Shown piece after piece: positions 11,449 through 21,690 of a DNA stretch of 35,476 nt. The stretch lies in NCBI RefSeq assembly GCF_001194135.2, contig NC_069001.1, positions 27,861,172 through 27,896,647 on the forward strand. Reading direction: 5' to 3'. The notes beneath the pieces are model-generated. The model made no database searches and was not told the DNA's origin. It worked only from the letters and a program-made list of their open reading frames with translations. Both the position numbers and the translations under genes were made by a program. Numbering within the stretch: the stretch's first letter is position 1; the number at the start of each line of letters is the position of its first letter. This DNA is from Octopus bimaculoides. Its lineage: Eukaryota.

Positions 11449-11998
11449 AATTTTGACAATATTCCAATGACAGTTTTCTTCTATTGAACCTTCTGCATTT
11501 TTGGAAGTCAGTTTATTTGAATATTTCTTCATTAGAGTTCACCCTTAATTGTAGTTGTTCAATTTCCATTTTGAATTTGTCTAGGACCATTTTTCTCTTC
11601 AATTTTTAGCTGTTGTTCAGGTTCGTTAGAAAAAACCCTGATATGAGACTACTCAAAATCAACAGATTTTAATGATTATCGCTTTGTTGCTGGTCATTCG
11701 ATAGTTGTCAGTAGTGAGGTATTGAATATACTTGTTGTGTGCGTGTATATATGTAGTCCAATGAGGAAACAGATCTCATCGTATATTTTAATAATCATAA
11801 ACGTAAATACAAAACGTGAGAATGAGAACGAGAGATTGAGAAACACTGAATAGACTCAGAAAGAAAGAAGAGATAATTTTTTTTTTAATATTACGTTTAT
11901 GTGATCAACAAGGGTTAAAAATACGGAGAATGGTTTCATTCAGTTAGATATTTGGTATCTTTGTACTTATTACCAGTTGAAGGCATTGAGTGCACCTT

Positions 11999-12020
11999 AT
12001 ACGAGGGCGTGCTGAGAACA
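11999..12020 (+). mobile_element. Possible mariner-type terminal inverted repeat stub
   Basis: TATACGAGGGCGTGCTGAGAA resembles TA+CGAGGG mariner termini; no partner end was found. Confidence 0.25.
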
Positions 12021-12124
12021 CCCTCATCTCAGTCCACATTCAACGTAGGTCCGCTTGTTATCATTAAATGATGTATTACAATAAAATCCATCAAATTATA
12101 TGTAATAACAATAACGGGTTATTA

Positions 12125-12320
12125 ACAGGAGCCAAGTATTTATTCAACGACAAGAGGTCCCAAGCGGTCAGTCGAACTCTTCCACATAGTAACTAAATTA
12201 TCCACAAAATTCTAATTCTTTGGTAATAAAATGGGTAAGATAATGGACAACTAATGTCTTGCTCTATTCGAACTACGATCTCCAGGAGTAACATCTCAAC
12301 AACAATTTTAACATGAACAA
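12125..12320 (-). mobile_element. Diverged interspersed repeat, possibly a tRNA-derived SINE
   Basis: Minus strand has a B-box-like GATCGTAGTTCGAAT followed by a non-coding body. Only one copy is in the window. Confidence 0.4.
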
Positions 12321-12734
12321 TGAATAAAGCACGAAAACTAATCAAATTATATGTTGGCTATCTCAGTAAGCAGCTTTGAATAGTTTTATACTTTTAACCT
12401 GAGCTGTTATCATCTTTCAAATGATCATTGCGATTAATCACAATTATCAAGCATAAATATGTCACAGTCATTTGTTTAAATCCCTTGACAAAATAAATGA
12501 AAACACAAGAGTCAAATGAAACAAATCGAACCATTAATAATACACGCACTGTGTCAATTTATTTTCTTCCTCACTTTCTATATCGTCACATATTCAAAGT
12601 GTTAAGCAAAGTAAAGCAATTACCTGATGACAATAACTCCAATATGAAGTTTGTTAGGTGAATATTAAGCAGCTTGCTTATATTATCACCGGGCTCATAA
12701 ACGTCTCCAATGTGATCATCACGAAGAACTATCA

Positions 12735-12875
12735 TTAACTTCATCATCATCATCATTAATATCTGTCATCTTCGTCGTCGTCTTCAACATATTCAGCATC
12801 AATACTTTCATTGTCGTCATCTTCATCATAGTCGTCGTTTTAGCGCTACCATTATCATCATCAACATTATAATTA
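12735..12875. repeat. Degenerate (CAT)/(CGT) trinucleotide low-complexity tract
   Basis: TCATCATCATC and TCGTCGTCGTC runs. Confidence 0.8.
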
Positions 12876-13819
12876 TCAAATCATAATAGCCCTTTTTTTT
12901 TCTTTTTCTTCCCCACATTTCATATTCTTCCTTTTTTTTATCAATATGATTTTTACCCCTAGTTTTATGTTTCACAAACCTATGTTCTTCTGTCATGCAC
13001 GCATTATACTGGGGTCGGTTCTACTGTTACTCAAAACAGGTCTGTTCACAAGCTAATATAATAGAATTGCACCAGTAAAAATTCTTTTGAGTATCTGGTG
13101 TTGCAAAATGTAAATATTTAGAGGCTTTGCCCTTGAAGCTCTTCGTGGAATTTTTGTTTAGATATTACTAATAAACTTGTATTTTACATATCGTGTTTAT
13201 AATGACCCTAACTATTTAATTATCACTATAGCGTCTTTTAAAAATGGATGACACCGTACTGCGTAATTTTCTCTATTAACTGTTTGATTACTTTTCAAAA
13301 AACAGTGAAACTCAGTTAATACTCTCTTCTCCTTATTTTTTGTTTTCTTATTCTTCTGAGGATGGATTTCGTTGTCATCTGAAAGAAATTGTTCTTCTTC
13401 ACATGTTTTTTGTTGTTTTATATTATTTGCTTTTTCTTTGATTTTTCTGTCTTTCTATAGTATTTTCAACGACTGCGTGTGATTTTTTTTTTACTTGTAG
13501 TTATGATTTTCTCACATCAAACAAAACTACACGTCAGCACTGCTAGTGGACGTGTTGGTTGCTCATTATTTTTACAACGTGCATAAAAAACATTTCATTT
13601 GCCATCGGAAGAATTTCGATTTTGATTATTTCTAAAGGAGTTTTTTTTTTGTTCTCTTTCCTGCTGCTTTTGTTATCCATTATTAACCGTTTACTGCTTA
13701 ACCCATTCAGTTCTTGAGGCTATTCAGATCTAATAAAATATGAAACAAGTAGAACTACAATTAAAGATGAATCTCAAGCATTTATTCTCAGAAACTTCTA
13801 CCACGCACAATACTGAGGT

Positions 13820-14102
13820 GGCTCTGTGGCCTATGGCTCTGTTGCCTATGGCTCTGTGGCCTATGGCTCTGTGGCCTATGGCTCTGTGGCCATGGCTCTG
13901 TGGCCTATGGCTCTGTGGCCTATGGCTCTGTGGCCTANNNNNNNNNNATGGCTCTGTTGCCTATGGCTCTGTGGCCTATGGCTCTGTGGCCTATGGCTCT
14001 GTGGCCCATGGCTCTGTGGCCTATGGCTCTGTGGCCCATGGCTCTGTGGCCTATGGCTCTGTGGCCTATGGCTCTGTGGCATATGGCTCTGTGGCCTATG
14101 GC
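13820..14102. repeat. 15-bp minisatellite (GGCTCTGTGGCCTAT)n, at least about 18 units, interrupted by a 10-N gap
   Basis: Directly visible; gives the MALWP/YGSVA/LWLCG repeat ORFs. Confidence 0.97.
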
Positions 14103-15254
14103 GGTCATTTGGATTTCCACAATCCTTTCAACATCTATGACTTCATTAGCCTTGCTTTGATCACTCGTCTATATCGCGACAGAAAATTTGCAACTAACAA
14201 TGAACGTGTAGAGGTTCCGATCCGTTCCATTGGCCCATATATTGCTTGCACAGTAAGAGCTATGAGTGACAATTTCAGATTGTCTCTTCGTTACACCTTC
14301 ATCAAATAATAATATCGGTTTTACCTTTGCTAATTCGCATAGCTCTTGCAAATATTCGCTGTAGAGTCTGCTGCACTACCTAATGTGTGAAAGATTTTGC
14401 CGACCTTGTCTTATTTGCAGAGATATATTATTTTTCTCTTTGCCCTTCTTCATTGCCTGCTACAACAAAAAATATTGTTCTTTCTATCGAAATCATTCCA
14501 CCTACTTTTGATTGGTTGTAACTGTAAATAATATCAAAATTCTGTATGTTTATTTTGTATTAAAAGAAAGATTGATTTTAGAGAGACGAAGAGTGAACGA
14601 ATCGCAGTATTTGAAATCGTGCAAGTGCTGTTATTGCTTTTCACATACTTATTACTATTGCTGTCTTCAAGATTAGCATTTGTGGTATTTTATTCTATCA
14701 ATTTTTCACTAAAGAGACAAATTATAAACTCAATCGCAATTACAGGAATGATATTCAAATGAGACGCATCTATCCTCTCTTTTCTGTTCAATACTAATAC
14801 ATGTAATTGACAAATTAAACAGACTATGTGCTGGAACCATATCTTATCATTGGAGAATCAACAAACTCATGTGATATCGTGCACATGGATTTAACGGAGA
14901 AATTGTATTAGGTGTGTATTGAAAAGAGGGAAAGAGTAATATCATAGAGAAGAAAGTAATAGAGATAAAAAAAAATTAGTAGGAAACGTTTCTTGCAGAT
15001 ACAGCCATCAACATATTAGTCGCAATGGAACACACACTCGTGGAAGTTCAGACAAGCATTAGGATAATGAAGGAATACACAAGGGAACGATATACGCTAT
15101 AAATAATACGGACGTATAAAAAAGTTTAAAGGTGTTCACACACTCACACACATATATGTACTAGCATATATGTATATAAAATTATAAATACACGTTCCTA
15201 TACACGTATGTGCACGAAGATACAGTAGATGAAATACAAATTTTATTGTTATAT

Positions 15255-15440
15255 TTCGGGCCGATCATATGTTTTATTTTCTCAAATAACCACACGCACT
15301 ATACATTCGTTATTCACTTCAGCTTTATTATTATTCTTATTTTAATGCCGCTTGTCTGAAATCTTTCGTTACACATCAAGTGACCTCTTCAGCGACTCTC
15401 CATATCACCCGTCTCCTCCTATTCTGTTTACATAATTATT
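15255..15440 (-). mobile_element. Probable PLE pLTR remnant around the degenerate hammerhead
   Basis: Inferred from the ribozyme motif; boundaries are approximate. Confidence 0.4.
15354..15396 (-). ncRNA. Degenerate minimal type I hammerhead motif
   Basis: Minus strand reads GUCG-CUGAAGA-GGUCAC(UUGAU)GUGUAAC-GAA-AGAUUU-C-AGAC. The core is intact, stem II is disrupted, and the first stem I pair is a G/A mismatch. Confidence 0.6.
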
Positions 15441-16264
15441 AATACATATTTTTGTTTGTTAGAATGGATCAGGGCTCTAAATGACACTGGTACTTAACCA
15501 TTCTCAAATTATGTTCGAATGCAAATGAATGCACCAGTGCTATAAAATGGGCGTCTATGATGTACATGATTAGTAAGCTATCATAATCTTAATTAAACAC
15601 TAAATTAATTACCAGGATTATAAAATAAATAATGAGTGCATTTAGAATACGCTACAAAGTATCAGACAAAGTGAGATTATGCTTAAGAAGCACATAAAGA
15701 GATAAAATATTTTCTTAAGAAGAAAAACTATCATGAAATAACCAAAAACTATCATGAAATAACCACTGAAAATATCTAGTAAAAAAGCATGTGGTAGCTA
15801 AAAGCATAATATAAAACACGAAAGCAAAACGCTGATAAGGTTTCAAGGAAAGCGACGAATATATTTCACCAGTTGAAATAGCGTATATTTATTGACTAAA
15901 TAGTGTAACAAGATGAAACATTGTGAAAGAGATAAACTCAAAAAAGAAATACACCAGGATAAAGTGATTACAAGAAAAAGCTCTTTATAGGATCAATACA
16001 TAAAAAAAAAGTCTCTGAACGGAATGGAAATAGACAACGCAAATCTGAGATCAAGAAAGATTCGTGATCATTGCATAGACTTTTATCATTCTCATCAGAA
16101 AGCAATAAACGCATACATTAAAGAAACAACAAGAGAACTGTAATTGGGAAAGAAGTAATTAACCACGTTTTTTTGTTCTAATTCAGTCAAATCTATGAAA
16201 TGCATTTCGACGCGCGTCAGGGTTGGGAATTAGATGTGTTGAAAGTTAAGCTTGCATTATTATC

Positions 16265-16366
16265 TTGTGGTTAAGAAGCATGTTTCAAACCGAGTTGTTC
16301 CCATCCTGCGAGGTTTCTTAAGCAAGTATCTTCTACTGCAGCTCCGGACTGGCCAATGAATTATGA

Positions 16367-16370
<4 letters not shown>
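16265..16370 (+). mobile_element. SINE family A head fragment, diverged
   Basis: GTGGTTAAGAAGC...AAGCAAGTATCTTCTACTGCAGC. Confidence 0.6.
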
Positions 16371-16409
<39 letters not shown>

Positions 16410-16470
16410 TATGTGTGAATATGCGTGTGTGCGTATGTTTGTGTTTGTGTGTGCGTGCTCGTGTACTCAT

Positions 16471-16870
16471 TTATTCTTTTACTTGTTTCAGTCATTTGAC
16501 TGCGGCCATGCTGGAGCACCGCCTTTAGAGTCGAGCAAATCGACCCCAGAGCTTATTCTTTGTAAGCCTAGTACTTATTCTATCGGTATCTTTTGTCGAA
16601 CCGTTAAGTTAAGGGGACGTAAACACACCAGCATCGGTTGTCAAGCAATACTGGGGTGAAAACACAGACACACAAACACACACATACACATACATATACA
16701 TATACGACGGGCTTCTTCCAGTTTCCGTCTAACAAATCCACTCACAAAGCTTTGGTTAGCCCGAGGCTATAGTAGAAGACACTTGCCCAAGGTGCCACGC
16801 AGTGGGGCTGAACCCGGGACCATGTTGTTGGTAAGGAATCTATTTACCATACAGCCACTGCTGCGCCTAT
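16471..16870 (-). mobile_element. SINE family A, full length
   Basis: Runs from the tail CTTTTACTTGTTTCAGTCATTTGACTGCGGCCATGCTGGAGCACCGCC to the head CAGCCACTGCTGCGCCTAT. Confidence 0.9.
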
Positions 16871-16877
16871 ATATTCT

Positions 16878-17723
16878 TTATGTGTTTGTGCGTGTTTGTG
16901 TGTGTGACAGTGTTTTTGTGTCTTTTGTTTGTGTGTGGAGGTTTTTAGTTATGTATGTGCTTGTGTGCGTGCGTGTGTGTATGCTTGTGGATATGTGTGT
17001 GTGCATATAATTGTGTGTGTGTGTGTGTTTGTGGGTATGCGTATGCGCAAGTGTATTTTTCCTGTTTGTGCATGTGTTTGTAGCTATGCGTGTGTATGTG
17101 TGTATGTTTGTGTTTGTGTATGTGTGTGCGTTTGTGCGTTTTGTTTCTGTCTGTGGTTTTCTGGCTATGTATGTGTTTGTGTGCGTGTGTGTGTATTTGT
17201 GTGTATGTTGTTTGTGTGTTTTTGCGTGTTTGTATTTGTGTGTGTTGGTCCTTGTGGGTATAAGTGTGTCTGCTTGCGTTTGTGGTTGTGTATACGTTTG
17301 TGTGTGTGTGTGTGTGTGTGTGTGATTGTATCTTTGCTGCTGTGTGTATGTGTGTTTGCGTATGCGTATGTGTGTGTTTTGTTTGCGTGTGTGTTGTTTA
17401 TGTGTTTGCTGTTTGAGTGTGTATTGGTGTGTGTGTTTTGGGAGTGCATGTGTGATTGTGTTTGTGTGTGTGTTTTCCTCTGTGTTTGTGGGCATGGATA
17501 TGTAGGTGTGTGTATTTGTGTTTGTGCGTTTTTGTGTATGTGTGTGTTTGTCTCCATACCGATCTCCATTCGGTATTGGTTTATTTCCTCCCGTCATTTT
17601 TGTGCGTGTGGGTTTTTAGTTACGTATGTGCTTGTATGCGCGCGTGTGTGTATGTCTGTGGGTACGCGTGTGTGCATATAATTGTGTTTGTGTGTGTGTG
17701 TGTGTATGATTGTGGGTATGCGT
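16878..17723. repeat. Long degenerate (TG)-rich tract with an internal ~105-bp duplication
   Basis: 16940-17042 and 17611-17723 are diverged direct copies; the plus strand is overwhelmingly G and T. Confidence 0.9.
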
Positions 17724-17850
17724 TTATCAGTTCGGTAAAACAAAGTGATAGAAAAAACATGAGACTTTAAAAAATAATTGCGGAGAATTTGTTCGAGAAA
17801 AATTTGAAACTGAATTGGTACTCCAGCATGACCGGTATCTAATGACAGAA
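17540..17850 (+). mobile_element. Highly decayed SINE family A 3' half, stretched by microsatellite
   Basis: Remnants in family order: GTGTTTGTCTCC, TCCTCCCGTCA, CAGTTCGGTAAAA..GATAGAA, CTCCAGCATGACC..AATGACAGAAA. Confidence 0.5.
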
Positions 17851-17952
17851 ATAAATCAACGGAAGTAGGTTTCAATGGACAAGAAATGGGAAATTATACA
17901 CCTGAAATAATCTCAAGGAATAAGAAATCCATTATATGGAAGGATATGAACA

Positions 17953-18047
17953 GGCCTGGCTGTGTGGTAAGAAGTTTCTTTCCCAACCACACGGTTCCAC
18001 GTTCTTTCCAACCGCGTGGCACCTTGGGTAAGTGTCTTCTATTATAG
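17953..18047 (+). mobile_element. SINE family A head fragment
   Basis: TGGCTGTGTGGTAAGAAG...GCGTGGCACCTTGGGTAAGTGTCTTCTATTATAG. Confidence 0.8.
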
Positions 18048-18064
18048 TTTTAATATTTCCGTTT

Positions 18065-18250
18065 ATGCCACAAGGCCTGCCATTGTCAATTATACTGTCC
18101 CCTGTACTAGACTGGTACGTTATTTTTATTGGCTCCCAACGGATGAAAAGCAACGCTAACCGCGGTGGTTTGCAACTGAGAATGCATTATACCCAAAGAG
18201 TGTGGCTAAGCATTTTGTCCGACGCTGTAACGAATCTGTCAGATTTACCA
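18065..18250 (-). mobile_element. SINE family B, diverged
   Basis: GACTGGTACGTTATTTTTATTGG..CGGATGAAAAGC..GCTAAGCATTTTGTCCGACGC. Confidence 0.65.
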
Positions 18251-18617
18251 CATTTTTGCATGAAATATGAATGGACTAATAAATAAGACGCTTCTATAGA
18301 GAAATATATACTCGTCAACCTCTTCAATGAAAGGCCTCTTTCACATGGGTGGTGGTAGGAGTGTGTGGTGTTACCGTACATCGATCCAGAAAAGATTTGA
18401 GATCAAATGTGCATGATGTGCCCACCTACTTGGAACGTTCACGCATCAGTAGATATGATTGACATTAATAAGTTAAGGATAAATAAGAAAGGGAAATTTC
18501 TATCAGATATATGAAAAGAAAATATACTGCAACTGAAGAAAATGATACGATATATTCTCACATTGAGGAAAGGAACAGAAAACATACATGAAAAAGAGTA
18601 AAGAACCGAGAAAAATG

Positions 18618-18661
<44 letters not shown>

Positions 18662-19421
18662 GCGCGTGCATGCTTGTGTGTGTGTGTGTGTCCATGTGCG
18701 TGAATTGGAAGCAAAGGCATTATGCTAAGGAATGAAACGGTCCAGAAAACGTGAACGCAATTCCAGAACAAGATATCTAAATGAAAATGTAAAATGCTTT
18801 GCAGAAGCTTTAATCAAAGTACAGAGTTAATAAAGGACTCAAAGATTCACCGCCACGAGAAGGCATTCAATGACACTGGAAGTCAATACACGAAGAAGGT
18901 TTCCATCAAAATAATAAGGTGCCATGACCCGATTGGGGAGGAAAGACTTAGTTAACGAATGAAAGAATAGGAAAATAGTCAAGTACATTCCTGATTGAGG
19001 TAAGGTTTACTTTCACGTGTGTGAAATAATGTGCTATACTTGTTGTTGTCATTGTAATTGTTGTACGGATTATTATGCTTTCCGTTATAAAACTTTTCAG
19101 TTTTTCTTATATTGTCTGCACAAATAATTTTGGACCACAGAGGGGATAAAATCAAATTGAACAGATAAAAAGATATTTTGGAAATATTTTCTTTGGAGAG
19201 GAGAAGATATTTCCGAACTGTCATTTTTGCTTAAATATGAGAATGAAGAAAGATAAATGAAAATCCTCACCTCATTGAGTAATATTTTTGTGCCATAAGA
19301 CACGCAAATAGTAATCCAATAATTGCAAAATTCGATAAAAATCTAATCTGTAGAACGAAGCAAATACATTTTACCAAGACAAAAAATCAATGGCAACGAT
19401 ACAGATATTAATCAGAAATAT

Positions 19422-19512
19422 AATAATAACAACAACGACAACAACAACCACAACAACAACAACAATAATAATAATAATAATAATAATCATAATAATGATA
19501 ATAATAATAATA
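19422..19512. repeat. (AAC)/(AAT) microsatellite
   Basis: Directly visible. Confidence 0.95.
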
Positions 19513-19626
19513 ATTCTTTCTGTTAATAATGATAAAAAATTACTAATTTTGGAAGAAAACCAGTAAATTTGCGGGTAGGGAGCGAGTCCTTGGCCCCAGT
19601 ACTTGTCAGGGAATTACCTCGTATCT

Positions 19627-19630
<4 letters not shown>

Positions 19631-19689
<59 letters not shown>
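19631..19689. repeat. Perfect (CA)n microsatellite
   Basis: Directly visible. Confidence 0.97.
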
Positions 19690-19692
<3 letters not shown>

Positions 19693-19714
19693 GTATGTGC
19701 ATATGTATAATTTC

Positions 19715-19860
19715 CCAAGTCCCGAAATTTGGTGAGAGTAGTTAGTGAATTACATCAACCCCAGTGCATGATGGGTACTTTTTCCCTGGACTCAGATAGA
19801 ACGACGGACGAAAATCCACTGAGTGTTTTGTCCGGTGTGCTAAAGATTGCGCCATATTGC
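19715..19860 (-). mobile_element. SINE family B, heavily diverged
   Basis: TTACATCAACCCCAGTGC, ACTCAGATAGAACGACGGACGAAA and GTCCGGTGTGCTAAAGATT. Confidence 0.6.
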
Positions 19861-19869
19861 CTTAAAAAA

Positions 19870-20500
19870 ATTGTTTCACATTTCGAAACAAGGCCATTAG
19901 TCTTAACCTGAAGTTATGCCTAGGGTGAAGTTTGTGTTATGCCTAGGGTGCCATATATTTGGTTTTGTACATAGTATTGTTCAAGAGAATGTTTAAGAAA
20001 CCATAAGAAAATGTTTTTTTTTAATTTATGATTACATAGACAGTATTTTACGTAGAATATGGGCAGTTCCCATGAGTACTATCTTTTGAATTTCTGCCAT
20101 TTTCGGATTTCTTGGTTTATGAGCTAGGTAGCAATCAGCCCCTTTTGCTACCATTCCTATGGCTATCGTACCTGTGACAGCAGGTATTGTTTTAGTCTTG
20201 AGGTTCCACATTTTGCTAATTTCTATTTCAAGATCTTTATACTTGCTCGGTTTTCGGTAGGTTTTGACAGATATGTTTATATCGATTGTAACATTCATAT
20301 GAATGAGGAGGCATGATTATTTTCTGAAGCCTTTCAATATAATGTATGTTCTACTTGCATCTATCTTTCTGTCAATTTGAGTAGTGAAGTTCCTGAGGAG
20401 TGAGATGAGATCATTTTCAAGCACTGGTAGTGGTTTGTGTTCCCACAAGTTTTTATCATGGATCAGGTCCAGATTTTTGCAAATTCCCCAGTGAATATAT
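19870..20500 (-). mobile_element. 3' fragment of an RLE-type non-LTR retrotransposon (R4/Dong-like), dead copy
   Basis: One frame reads YIHWGICKNL..WEHKPLPVLEND..DRKIDASRTYIIL..*SCLLIHM..KPSKYKDLEIEISKMWNLKTKTIP..EIQKIVLMGTAHILRKILSM*. This matches the RLE C-terminus (RPD...ID...EKxxKY) with catalytic positions mutated. Stop at 20032-20034, followed by a putative 3' UTR with a 15-bp direct repeat (19913-19927 / 19936-19950). Confidence 0.88.
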
Positions 20501-20505
20501 TATTA

Positions 20506-20549
<44 letters not shown>

Positions 20550-20550
20550 G
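20499..20550. repeat. (ATT)n microsatellite at the junction of two elements
   Basis: Directly visible. Confidence 0.97.
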
Positions 20551-21020
20551 AGTGAGAGTGCAGTGCATGCTATCAAAGTGGGGTAAAATATACGAAACCC
20601 AGTATACCCGTCATGACTACCCGTCATGACTACCTGTCTGATAAGAGTACACCAGGCACATGCATCACAACCATATGTTCACGACATAGTAATCTCATAT
20701 CAAGATAAACAGCGCATGACCTTCCAGGTGGGACTCAGTTAGAATATTCTTTACGTCGACTATCTCATCCCACTCCAAAAGTCGGTGAATGAGTGTTGTA
20801 CAAGGATGTTGAACGAAACACCTATGTTTCTAGAGGTGAATTATCCAAATCTCAAAGAATCCTTCTCAATACATCGCTATAATGCTACCCCATTAATTCT
20901 GCTTGTAATCATTGATGCACATAACGTTAGCCACCAAGGGACATGCTCAATTGTATAAGGTCAAACAACTGGTAAACAAATATGTGGTATTGAGCATAAT
21001 ATTTGCTGCAGCTCATCTTT
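20551..21020 (-). mobile_element. Non-coding interspersed repeat ending in an (AAT)n tail on the minus strand
   Basis: No ORF; higher GC than the flanks; abuts the (ATT)n run; local 13-bp tandem duplication TACCCGTCATGAC. Repeat status is recognition from memory, not shown by a second copy here. Confidence 0.5.
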
Positions 21021-21077
21021 TATACCAAGAATAAAAAGGTACGTGTTGATGTTAATGCATGCATGAATTTATTATTA

Positions 21078-21335
21078 GCAGGGTTCCAGTTGATGTGATC
21101 AATGGAACAGCTTGCTAGTGAAATTAACGTTCAAGTGGCTCAGAGCAATCCACAAACACGACTACACTTAACACAGTTTTTAAGGAAACTCAACATAACA
21201 CAGACTTTTACAAAGCTGTCCCTTTGAAATTCAGATATTACGTTTTTATGTCAACTGAATGGACTGAAGCAATCTGAAATAAAGTATCTTGATCGAGGAC
21301 AAAACGGTCTGCCAGATATCGAAATCATGACCCTA
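21078..21335 (-). mobile_element. CORE-type tRNA-derived SINE (family D) sharing its 3' tail with family C
   Basis: Minus strand has GGTCATGATTTCGATATC (B-box-like), then TGTCCTCGATCAAGATACTTTATTTCAGATTGCTTCAGTCCATTCAG (CORE-like). The tail aligns with 24263-24415. Confidence 0.7.
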
Positions 21336-21345
21336 TATATATATG

Positions 21346-21632
21346 TATATATTAGAAAAAATAATAAGGTACTCAGAAATCTGGTTGGTTGTACATTTAC
21401 AGATTTTTATTAATATGTCACAGGATTTTATAAATCATATATTAGCGCTTTCATCTACTCTAATAGGTTCTTCAAATTGGAAGAATCTACTCTAATAGAT
21501 TCTTCAGAACCTATTAGAGTACATGCCAATACTATTATATAATTTATAAAAAACATGTCACATATTAATAAAGATCTGTAAATGTACAACCATCCAGATC
21601 TTTGAGTACCTTATTATTTTTTCTAATATATA
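21346..21632. mobile_element. Foldback / MITE-like element with ~72-bp terminal inverted repeats and nested inner palindromes
   Basis: 21346-21417 versus 21561-21632 has 4 mismatches. Inner perfect inverted repeats are 21456-21471/21506-21521 (16 bp) and 21480-21489/21496-21505 (10 bp). The element lies in TA-rich flanks. Confidence 0.8.
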
Positions 21633-21656
21633 ATACATGTACATCACCTCCGAACC

Positions 21657-21690
<34 letters not shown>

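Noticed and set aside
12624-12728. Possible 105-nt phase 1-1 minus exon (LRDDHIGDVYEPGDNISKLLNIHLTNFILELLSS) with donor CAG|GTAATT
   Set aside because: The acceptor has no pyrimidine tract and lies in a (GAT)n repeat; the peptide is not recognised and no partner exons were found.
13820-14102. CRISPR-like or collagen-like repeat
   Set aside because: There are no spacers, no cas genes and no Gly-X-Y periodicity; it is a simple tandem repeat.
14120-14400. Minus-strand peptide EYLQELCELAKV...IVTHSS...TSDQ, vaguely like a Crypton tyrosine-recombinase C-terminus or a short exon (donor AAG|GTAAAA)
   Set aside because: The catalytic HxxR, H/W and Y pattern is missing, there are stops on both sides, and the upstream intron would be only 21 nt. 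A TBLASTN or HMM search would be needed to revive it.
16878-17770. 239-250 aa His/Thr- or Cys/Val-rich ORFs
   Set aside because: They are translations of (TG)n/(CA)n tracts, which rarely contain stop codons.
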